Part shown: in pieces, positions 52,936 through 64,000 of the stretch
Layout: each line of letters starts with the position of its first letter
Numbering within the stretch: position 1 is the first letter of the stretch
Assembly: GCF_006345805.1 (NCBI RefSeq)
Contig: NC_042998.1
Location: 138,818,001-138,882,000 of the forward strand
Direction of reading: 5' to 3'
Length of the DNA: 64,000 nucleotides
Source: Octopus sinensis
Lineage: Eukaryota
Position numbers and translations under genes: made by a program
The notes under the pieces: generated by a model
What the model was told of the DNA's origin: nothing
Database searches by the model: none
The model's input: only the letters and a program-made list of their open reading frames with translations

Positions 52936-53493
52936 CGTATGGTTAATAGCTGAGTAATATGAGGAAGTACGATAAAACACTGATACTTGATTGTTTATCA
53001 AAATGAATGGATTAACTGAGCCCTATAGTTTAAGGGTAAGATGTCTTCAACTGACGTGTGGCATTAGACAAAGTCATCTGCCAGGTGCCTTCCCTTTATC
53101 CAGGGGTTGGCTTGCAAAGATTGTCCAGTTATATTACTTGTTGCTTCTATTTGGATCATCATTGACATTTCTTTGGGATAATAAGTGATGGTGCCCCAAA
53201 TTCTTTTCATGATGACTGGCCAACATCTTGACTCGCCCTATCTAATCGCATGTCACACACCAGTCACGCCTTTAGTCCCATTGACATGGCTGGTTCTCCT
53301 GCGCTCTCTGCCATTCCAGGTTTTATGTACTTAAGAATATACATTTTCACCCTCAGGCATTGTAGTTCAGCTTGTTAGTTGAAACTATGAATTAGAGTGT
53401 GACCACTACCGAATACTGCAGCATCCGTGAAGCCAAATTAGTTGCGCATAACTTAGAGTAGGCAACCCCTCTAAGTTTCTTTTCTAAATTTAG

Positions 53494-53568
53494 GTGACAA
53501 TCCTGAAACCGGAACAGCGACCCACCACCTGAGGACGACAGAAAGTTTCACCGTTTCTCCAATAACAG
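53494..53568 (+). CDS. Gene B 75-bp Thr-rich exon (G-DNPETGTATHHLRTTESFTVSPIT-G)
   Basis: Acceptor tttcttttctaaatttAG, donor ACAG|GTATGT, phase 1-1, open. Confidence 0.75.
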
Positions 53569-53944
53569 GTATGTATTGCAAGTCTTTTTCTTCACATTAC
53601 CCGAGAACTGTTTGTAAATCAGTTACAGTCAATATTAGACTTGTATTGAGTTGTGGGAGGTGGTAGAACGCCAGATTAAAATGCCTGTTTAAGATTTTAA
53701 GACTGAATATAATTGATAACTGAAATAGAGTAAAGCAAAGGGATGGTGGGAGTTGAAATTACGATTCCTCTTTCATTTGGTACAATAATCACTGTATCAC
53801 AATACATTTATAACAGACAAATGCCTAACATTTTAAATATTCATTTCCCAGCATAATAAATCGTGTTTATATAAATATTGGAAAGTAGACTGTGTGACGT
53901 TTAGATATCTCTGAACAGTAAATTACATTCTAGAAAATTTACAA

Positions 53945-54114
53945 GCGTAGGAATGGCTGTGTGGTAAGTAGCTTGCTTACCAACCACATGGTTCCGGGTT
54001 CAGTCCCACTGCGTGGCATCTTCGGCAAGTGTCTTCTACTATAGCCTCGGGCCGACCAAAACCTTGTGAGTGGATTTGGTAGACGGAAACTGAAATTAGC
54101 CCGTCGTATATATG

Positions 54115-54210
<96 letters not shown>

Positions 54211-54777
54211 ATATATTATATATGTATATATATATATATATGTATTTATATGTATATATATATATATGTATGTATATATATATATATATGTATGTATGTA
54301 TGTATGCATGCATGCATGTATGTATGTATATATGTATGTATGTGTGAGTGTATGTTTGTGTGAATGTGTTTGTCCTCCCAACATCGCTTGACAACCGATG
54401 CTGGTGTGTTTATGTCCCCGTAACTTAGCGCTTCGACGAAAGAGAACAATAGAATAAGTACTAGGCTTACAAAGAATAAGTCCTGAGGTTGATTTGCTCG
54501 ACTAAAAGGCGGTGCTCCAGCATGGCCACAGTCAAATGACTGAAACAAGTAAAAGAGTACCAATAATGTCAGGGGAATTGAAAGAGCAATATCTAATGCT
54601 CGACAGTCTAAGGCAAAACTATCTCATAGTTTATCTATGGTTTTTATTTAGATCCTTTTACGTATTCTATCACCACGTATTAGTTTCTTTCCCATGTATG
54701 GGTGAGGTGATAAATTAAAATTCATTGTTTGTAAACCAAGTGTTCAATAATCCCTGAATTTCGGAGTAAACGCATCT
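53945..54777 (+). mobile_element. Full SINE family 1 with expanded internal (TA)n and shared 3' flank
   Basis: Head at 53945, tail near 54558, flank to 54777 matches 49310-49525. Confidence 0.87.
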
Positions 54778-55079
54778 AGTAATGAAATAAGGAAGTGAGA
54801 TTTCTATTGGATATCGCTATCGTTTGTCTATTTGCTTAACATGATCGCGCTTCTACTAGGACACTTAGGATCAATTCTCAACTGTTCTTCTCGTGTAAAC
54901 AAAGTTCAAAAAGTTTTTATCAGTCCTTTTTTTGTTTTTAAGCAAAGCTGCTACCTTCCGCATACTTTCCTGATTATGACAGTTTCGGATAAGACATCTT
55001 AATAGTATTCTGCCGCCAGATAATTTATCTGAATCTACTGCACTTGAAATTGTATTGTTGAGTTGTTAATAAATAATCT

Positions 55080-56075
55080 TTCTAATTTTGCCACAACATC
55101 AGCAATTTTGAGAGGAGTGACAAGTCGATTGCATCGGCCCCATTCATTGACTCCGAAAGGATGAAAGGCAAAGTCGAACTCGGTGGCATTTGAACTCAGA
55201 AGAAAAGCCGCTAAGCATTTTATCCGACGTGCTGCGATTCTCCCAGTTTGCAGCCTTAAATATTATTAGAGCACAGTAGAAGGTGGCTGGAACGGTAGAA
55301 CGACAGCTAAAAGATCTTGTGTTCGGTTATGTTACTATACGTACCGAGTTCAAATCCAGCTAGAGTCGAATTTCTTTTCCTTCTTTTCGAAGCAGATATT
55401 GTGCTTGAACTAAACTGACTGTACTTCTCCCTCAAACTTGTCACCCTGTTCAATTATAGGCCGCTATAGTTATGAAAACATTGAACGGAAGAGATTTTGA
55501 TTCTCTTTGTGTGCGTGTATGATTGCAAATATGACATATACGATTGGAAGCCTGTTCTTCACATCATCCCATTAGCCAATTTGATAAAACCTTCCTACCC
55601 AGAACTGTAATTCTCAGGCATTGTCTTCCTACCCATGTTTTATAGACATACTTTTGCCTGTGATTATCACCCACATCGTCTTAATTACATATTTGTAATA
55701 GACAAATATTTTATATGCGCAGGCATGGCTATGTCTTTGAGAAGATCACTACGCAATCCTATGGTTTCGAATTCAGTTCCACTGCGAGACATCTTGGGCA
55801 AGTGTCTTCTACTATACACCTGGATCAACCAATGCCTCAAGTGTGAATTTAGTAGACGGTAACTGTATGCAATGTATACATGCCTATATGTGTGTGTCTT
55901 TGTGTTTGACACTCCACCGCTTGACAACCGGAGTTGGTTAGTTTACGTCCCCATAGTTTAGCGGTTCGGCAAAAGTGACCGATAGAACAGATACCAAACT
56001 TTTAAAAAATTAACTCTACAAGGCTGTGTCCCAGTATTACTGCACTCCAATAAATGAAACAAGCAAAATATTAAA
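55080..56075. mobile_element. Older SINE copies (family 3 at 55080-55400, family 1 at 55716-56075)
   Basis: Diverged but recognisable blocks. Confidence 0.65.
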
Positions 56076-56949
56076 AAAAATGAATTACGTTGTTGTAAAT
56101 TTGGAGCTTTGAAAAATACCAAGTTTTAATACGTGTTTTGAGTACCTAAATCTTTCTGGCTGCGTAAATATTCTGTTATCAGTAAAAATCAGCGACAATT
56201 ACTGAACATTAGTTTTTAACCTATCTTGTATTCTAGAAAACTCACCAGAAAACTCACCAGATTACTTATTTTAATTGGTCGAGTGATTAAACAAACAAAA
56301 CAAAACCACTTATTTCACATGATGTTATGTAAATTCAGATGGTAAGTTTTAAAATTCGGTCATAAAGTTTACGTTGGCTGCTAAAATTAGACGTGAAAGT
56401 TTGACTTCCTTTACTAATTTTAGTTGTCGTTTGCAATTTTCTTTAATCGTGATTCACTATGGACCGCGTTTTATATAATGACGCACAGAAAACGTTGCAT
56501 GTCTCCAATAAACTCTTATGTCAGGGCAAAAACTGGACTTCAGGTTTAACTTAATTGCATGATGTAGATGATCGGAGCGGCAGAGAAGAAAAATGTGGGA
56601 TGACGTAGGTTCGGCCTTAACTTTTATGTCTAAATTTTCGATGCTAGTTCTTAAAAAAAACCGATGAGAATTTTATAGTGAACTTAAAGCCATAGATTTA
56701 TGAGAAGCAGTCACAGAAATGCAAGTTAACTAAACTATCCTGCGATACCTTCACCCACACCACTAAAAAGATGTCATCAATGAACTATAGCCAGAGTATT
56801 GGTTCATGACTGACCGTACAGGAATTTGAATGTCTCCATTAACTGTGCCTCACATTTTGTCGTGAACACGTTAGCAAAGTTAATTGCCACGGTGGTACCC
56901 ATAATACATGATCTGGTCTGGTGGTAACATTTTGTTCAAACTTCATTGT

Positions 56950-57715
56950 GTTACTCGGTAACGGCTCAGCTCAGCTCATGCACTTCTCGATGTAGTAGAG
57001 ATCATCCCAAGCTAGCGGTCCCAGCGTGTCATCGCACATCGAGCCGACCAGATTCACCAGTACCCTCCATTGCTGGCCAGTTCCACTGCTTCTGCCAAGA
57101 TGACATCGATCCTCTGGCGATCTTCCTTAATCATGTCCAGCCATCTGATGCGTGCTGGCACGGGGTCTTTTCCACTCCACGGTTGCAGCATCGAACGAGA
57201 GCAAGATTTAGATGGAGAGAGGCGGAGGACGTGTCCGTACCAGTGCATACAACAAATGAGTATAAGGTGGGAGGCTATGGGCTAATGTAGCTCTTCGTTG
57301 GAAACGCGATAGTACTATCTGATGTTTTCGATAGTCTTAGGAGTCTGCTATCGAACACGTTGATCCTCTTAGCCAAGATCTTCGTGAGGGGCCACGTTTC
57401 TACTCCATAGAGGAGAACAGAGAGGAACGATACGCTGTAGATGCGGAGTTTCGTCTTCTGAGAGATAGACGAGTGGCACCAAAGGAGCTTCCATAGGGAG
57501 TGCATCACCCCAGTAGTCAGACTACGTCTGCGGCTGATTCCGGGGTCAAATCACCATTGCTGGTGACTGTAGATCCCAGATAAATGAAGGAGCTGACAAA
57601 ATCCACGACATCGAGGCCAATACGGAGCAGGGGAAGATCGGGGCTATCGCCGACATACTTCAGCTTTGTTTTCGCCCAACTCATCCGAAGGTCAAGTTTT
57701 GCTGATTTCTCTCGG
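56950..57715 (-). mobile_element. RTE-clade LINE, 3' RT fragment
   Basis: SFIYLGS, TKLRIY..SVLLYGVETW, HWYGHVLR, RWLDMIKED motifs. Confidence 0.85.
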
Positions 57716-57962
57716 AATCAATACACATTTTTTCAGCCCTAAATATTTATAATTGAATATAAATTCCTTAGTTACAATAATTTATTAGTTTCTTTTGCAT
57801 ATTCTTAGTTTATGCATGTGTATGCAAATATAATATTGGTATATCCCATTTATTTTCATTAGAAATTAAATAAATAAAGAATTTTGACATGTACGAATAT
57901 TTATTTCCCCCCACTGTATATATTAACCTCTCTTCCTCACACACACACTCTCTCTCTCTCAT

Positions 57963-58032
<70 letters not shown>

Positions 58033-58095
58033 TGTGTGTGTGAGTATTTGATTAATGAGAAAGACGGAATATGGAAGATACTAGAATATTTATTG

Positions 58096-58180
58096 ACCAC
58101 TACAATTGTTTCGACCCATCTAAAATCGATCCTTGCAGGTAGGGTTCTGAACATCTAATTTCGGTGTCCCCTCAGGTGAT
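58096..58180 (-). ncRNA. Hammerhead-like motif with long stem II loop
   Basis: ATCAC CTGAGGG GACAC..(long loop)..GGGTC GAAA CAATTG TA GTGGT. One core change; palindromic stem III. Confidence 0.55.
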
Positions 58181-58449
58181 TTCAATAAGTATCTCGTTAA
58201 AATAAACTGTTTTGCAAGATTTCTTCTTGGTCGTCGTGTGTAGAAGTGGCAAATTAAGCTATACAGATTCATAACAAATATCAGATAAAAAGCAAAAGAA
58301 ATACACGATACAGCGAAAACAGTAATAAAATACTCAACAAACACTGAGAGAGTGAACGTGTTTTACCGGCAAACTACCAGGTGTATACCATACGATTCAG
58401 TAATTAATGATTTATATATATATATATATATATTACACACACATATATA

Positions 58450-58553
<104 letters not shown>

Positions 58554-59189
58554 CATATATATATAATATATATATATATATAATATATATATATATACAT
58601 ATATATATATATTATTATATATATATATTATATATATATATATATATGTACATTTATATATATACGCATATATATACACATATATATATACATACATATA
58701 CATATCTATACATGCATATACATATACATACAGATATATATATGTATATACATTTATTTATGTGTATGTATGTATGTATGTATACATGCGTGAGCGCACA
58801 GGTACATATAAACACTATAAAAAACGCACTTCAAATTTCACTGGCGCACATCTTTCCTAGAAATACACAATGGAAAAAACTTACAGATCAATTAGATGAT
58901 ATCTTCTGGGCAAACTATAATAATTGATAAATTACGATTTATTTAATTGATTCTGAATCGTAATTAATATGATAGTTGTATCACTAATAATGATCAGTGT
59001 GTATACAACAGATGAATTCACAAAGGAAATTAAGAACTCTTAGAGATTTACGAAGGCATATCTGGTTACCAATGCTAATCGATATACATGCAATTAAATA
59101 GATTGAAATTAGAGAGAAGTATTTTAGATGATTTAGAATCAATAACCAAACCAGAAAACTATAAGTAAATGTGGAAGGCAAAAAAATCT

Positions 59190-59410
59190 ATGATTAAGAA
59201 GCACACCCCTTTCAGAAGGGAATGTATTATTTAGTGTAAACTGGTAAATGTCTTGAAGTGCAGAACATCGACAGAAACATAAATGCAGCACCTGAAGAAG
59301 TATCTACATTGTAATGGGGATCAAAAACTTTATATTCAAAGATGTAAAGAATAATCTTAAATAATATCTTAGGGATATAAAAAATTCCTAACTAATGAAC
59401 ATGCAAGATG
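59190..59410 (+). repeat. Interspersed repeat, second copy at 63720-63912
   Basis: GTCTTGAAGT.CA.AACATCGAC..AAACATAAATG.AGCACCTGAAGAA.TATCTACATTGTAATG shared. Confidence 0.8.
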
Positions 59411-59482
59411 CAGAAACATAAGTTTTGATGCGTTAATAAAGCCTTTAAATTTCCATCTACAAGTTATTAACGTTATTCAATT

Positions 59483-59516
<34 letters not shown>

Positions 59517-59570
59517 GTGTGTGTGTGGTGTGTGTGTGTGTGTGTGTGTGTGCATGTGTGTGTGTGTGAC

Positions 59571-59616
<46 letters not shown>

Positions 59617-59634
59617 TGTGTGTGTGACAGAGAG

Positions 59635-59666
<32 letters not shown>

Positions 59667-59919
59667 AGTGTATGTGTGTATGTGTGCGTGCGTGTGTCCG
59701 TGTGTGTGTGTGAGTGTATGTGTATGTGTGTGTGTATAATTAAATAAGATTGGGGTAAAAGAACTTGTGGTGTGCTATGCAAAGCTCGTCCATAATTATT
59801 GACTACCTGATGTCATTATAAAGAGGAAACCCTCTTGTTACTAAATATTCCACAGCAATTCCACAGTATGTAGAGTTTATACAAATAAATAAATGGATTT
59901 CACGACATTCTTTATTTAA

Positions 59920-60027
59920 AATCACAACAGTTGTTTCGACACCTTTTTACACTCACAGTCCAGTAGTGAGCTATTGTGTAAATACTATCATCCATCCAAG
60001 GAGTAAAATGTGCCTCCTCAGGAGATT
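59920..60027 (-). ncRNA. Hammerhead-like motif with long stem II loop; partial inverted copy at 60161-60222
   Basis: AATCTC CTGAGGA GGCAC..(long loop)..GTGTC GAAA CAACTG TT GTGATT. Confidence 0.6.
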
Positions 60028-60235
60028 GTTTAAATTAGTGGTTAGATCCTATTGTTATTCCACTCACTGTGAGAATGCATAAACAAAGCAGTGTGTTATT
60101 TTTAGCACTTTACACCTTGAATGGGCAATAATGTTTACACAACATCTCACCAATGTATTATGAGTGTAAAAATGTGTCGAAACAACTGTAGTGATTTCAA
60201 ATAAGGGATGTCGTTAATTCCATCTTTTTATCTTT

Positions 60236-60896
<661 letters not shown>

Positions 60897-60922
60897 TCTA
60901 TCTATCTATCTATCTATCTATA

Positions 60923-60962
<40 letters not shown>

Positions 60963-61102
60963 AATCAAAATGTTACAAATGGTACAAATTGAAACAAAAT
61001 GGCATTATATGTACATTTTGAAAATAAAAGCAATATTTTCGTTCTTTACTCTATTTCACTTTTATTAAACCTACAAATGTGCCAGGCTTTTTTGGTCGCA
61101 CA

Positions 61103-61145
<43 letters not shown>

Positions 61146-61518
61146 GAAAAGCAACCTGTTGCCTGCTTCTTTTATTTATATACAAAAATATATATTGAAC
61201 TTTTATAAAAGTTCCTACCGTAATGGTTATATTTACATGCCGAAATCTACCCGTAAATAATTGTTGGGTTTTTTTAAAAACCATTAAAGCTATTATTTAC
61301 TCTTATTATATATATATATATACACAAGCATACATACATACATACACATTGATAATAAACAACAAGGTGGAACAGATGTTAGATTTATCTTTAAATATGA
61401 TAATCACTGCAACTCGTTAATATAATCAATCAATCAATCAATCAATATTAACGTCTTTTAAACACATTTATTATCATTTTTATTCGTTTCATTTCCATTC
61501 CTGTTTTGTTTTCAACAG

Positions 61519-61590
61519 ATAATCGAAAACATATATCTGGTACAATACTAACAAACCAAATGACCACCACAGATGATTCACTTACAACAG
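61519..61590 (+). CDS. Gene B 72-bp Ser/Thr exon (D-NRKHISGTILTNQMTTTDDSLTT-G)
   Basis: Acceptor tgttttgttttcaacAG, donor ACAG|GTATAT, phase 1-1. Homologous to the gene A 72-bp exons. Confidence 0.78.
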
Positions 61591-61744
61591 GTATATGACA
61601 TGTTTTGACGATTCATTTCTTAAATGAACTCAATAATTCATTTATATAGACATAGCTAAACTTGCATTTATAAGAAAATGAAATCTTCACTTCAAAAAAC
61701 ATAACATTGCACCTAAAATTGAAGCTAGTAATCTGATATATTAT

Positions 61745-62115
61745 GACGGTTGTTCTCTTCTGGCCTGAAAATTGGGCAATGTGCAGAGCAATGGAAAAAA
61801 AGAAAGATGCGCTTGAGATGCGGATCTTTCGCAGATCGGGAAGAATAAGCTGATACTAGAAAAGATGAGTATAACGACACCTATTGTCGAAAAATTAATC
61901 CATGAAGTTATCTTATCTTGGACATAAACACGACAAGGGTTACTGTCCGAGAAGTTGTGGAAAAGAGAGCAACAGGCGATGAAAGACGTTTGTGAACTAA
62001 CGATATCAAAGAATGGGAAACAGCAGCCTGGCTGATTGTATACTCGCAGCACAAAGGCAGCTGGAGATTCTTGGCAAACCGACACCTTGAACACAGGTTG
62101 AACAGGCACCTGGCT
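61745..62115 (+). mobile_element. RTE-like LINE 3' end, decayed
   Basis: KKDALEMRIFRR and TNDIKEW..ADCILAAQ C-terminal motifs. Confidence 0.6.
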
Positions 62116-63916
62116 GGTGGTTGATGAACATAGGTCATTTATATAGACGTGTGACATACATATTTCTTCACAGTACCAAATAATGTAAGGGAAACGGAAA
62201 AAGTAACATCTAATTTTCGAAATTATAAGGCAAAGCTATTTCTAACAGAATAATCAGAGGGTAGGAGAAAATCATTTGCAGAATTTCTTCTGGTTTTTCA
62301 CATTCTGAGTTCAAATTCTACCCAACTCAGAATGTAAAGAGCTGAAATAAATGCCGCTAAGCATTTCGTTTGACGTGCTAACGATTCTGCTAGTTCGCCG
62401 CTTTATAGGGTAGTTACACAACGAAGATTTACGTAAAGAATGAAGCGGCAAAGTACAAAGTCGTTTGCATAGATGACAGCTGTCAAGTCGTGCACGTGTA
62501 TGACCATCACTGGCAAGTTATTTTATCCTAGATGTTTAAGACAATGGTTGTCAACAATGCCCATGCTGAAATCTAAAGTCAGTAACAGTCGATGCAATAC
62601 CACTATGACCTTCATCCACAAAGCAAAGTAATCCAGAAACGAGCAAAAGCAAAATCTCTGGCTTCGCAATGAGGTGGGTGTCATTTCAGAATTTCTTTCT
62701 TCTAGAGAGATGTTTAAACAGAGATGTCTCTCACACCCAGCTGTTGGAAAACCGTTGACTCTACTGAGTTCATCAGTCTTTGACAGGGTTTGTTTTTCGT
62801 CCTGCATGGAGTTCAACGAAAATTACCAAGTATGTTTGGTAGAGTTGCCGGCATCGTCAATGATGGTCCGACCATGGTCGGGCCATCGTTGACTATGAAT
62901 AAATTTGGAAGGCACAAAAACTATGAGTAAGAAGCACACTCCTTTCAGAAGGTGGAAGATGAAAATCCAGCATACACTGATTGATGTATACAAGCAAAAA
63001 CTATAACGGGAAATTTAAAAAATGAAAAAATTATACTGTTCAGGAAAAGCGTCTAAAGTTAACATTGTGAGGTTATATTCCTTACTGTCGAACGAATGAT
63101 AAATTATATTTGGGGTAGGAAATCGTAAGACTCCGAATAGCAAATAGGTCATCATTACCTTGGATTTAATCGAAACCGAGCTGTCCTCTGAAGAAAGCAT
63201 ATGCAATACAATATAGTTAATATGCTGCATTTAATGCGATTTTTATTAAAGACAGAATGGAGTAAACAGAACAGGAGGAGACACTTATGATGGAGAGCCA
63301 CTGAGGAGGTCACAGGATGTATGATGAAAGATTTCCAGACAAAAGACACAAAACAGAAGCAATAATAAATCTGAAGTGAAGAACGAATATATAGTGCGTG
63401 TGTTTATTTGGCAAAAAAGAAAATGATCATCCCGAAATATAACAATAGCTGTTTCAACATCCGATTTCTCATCAGGAATCTTGCAAAACAAATACATGAA
63501 ATTTTATTTTATCTATCATCCTTCTATATTGTTCCGAATTGATAATGTTGAAATTTTTTGTTTTATGTTTTCCATATTTATTCTATCATAATCAACACCT
63601 ACAAGTTGATATAGGAGGTCTGAGCTCTTTGCTCAACTTCGATGTTTATCTTTTCGTGGTGGTGGTGGTGGTTGTGGTGTGGGTGCTTATTACTTTGGTT
63701 ATCTGTGACGAATCACAAATAACACTCAAACTTTTAATGGAATGTTTTGATTGGTGTAAAATGGTAAACGTCTTGAAGTACAAAACATCGACAAAAACAT
63801 AAATGTAGCACCTGAAGAAATATCTACATTGTAATGAGGATCAAAACTTCATATTCAGAGATGTTAAAAACAATTTTAAATTATATCTTATGAATATGAA
63901 AAATTCCTAACTAATA

Positions 63917-64000
63917 GGCGCAGGAGTGGCTGTGTGGTAAGTAGCTTGCTTACCAGCCACATGGTTCCGGGTTCAGTCCTATTGCGTGGCACCTTGGGCA
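63917..64000 (+). mobile_element. SINE family 1 head (runs off window)
   Basis: GGCGCAGGAGTGGCTGTGTGGTAAG..GGTTCAGTCC..GGCACCTTGGGCA. Confidence 0.88.

Noticed and set aside
56236-56346. CAGATG|GTAAGT donor with upstream acceptor
   Set aside because: Open only in phase 2, with no family similarity; cannot join gene B.
62735-62780. Minus-strand CTGATGA-ACTC/GAGT hairpin
   Set aside because: Followed by CAAC rather than GAAA; no cleavage triplet or stem I.
62532-62892. Possible gene B terminal exon (NGCQQCPC)
   Set aside because: Several in-frame stops, and no TM segment or match to the gene A linker.

Overview
AT-rich, microsatellite-dense eukaryotic genomic DNA. The repeat content suggests an octopus (inference, no search run). 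Most ORF-track entries are simple-repeat artefacts. The real host coding content is 10 short spliced exons on the + strand, assigned here by GT-AG phase matching to two probably paralogous genes. Gene A (3' end only, stop at 5736) has 72-bp Ser/Thr-rich exons and a terminal CxCxC + transmembrane exon. Gene B (from 22499, past 61590) has a signal peptide, two duplicated acidic Ser/Thr exons, a domain resembling F-type lectin/F5-8C, and further Ser/Thr exons. Introns and intergenic DNA carry Tigger/pogo, mariner, Tc1, Chapaev3, Helitron, R4/Dong-like RLE LINEs in (TAA)n, Tx1, CR1 and RTE fragments, plus three tRNA-SINE families. The most unusual signals are (1) about ten minimal type-I hammerhead ribozyme motifs in several short palindromic or tandem elements embedded in microsatellites (Penelope/retrozyme-like), and (2) repeated local inverted duplications, one coupled to an exon duplication. 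Repeat boundaries are read by eye and approximate; exon and ribozyme coordinates were counted base by base.
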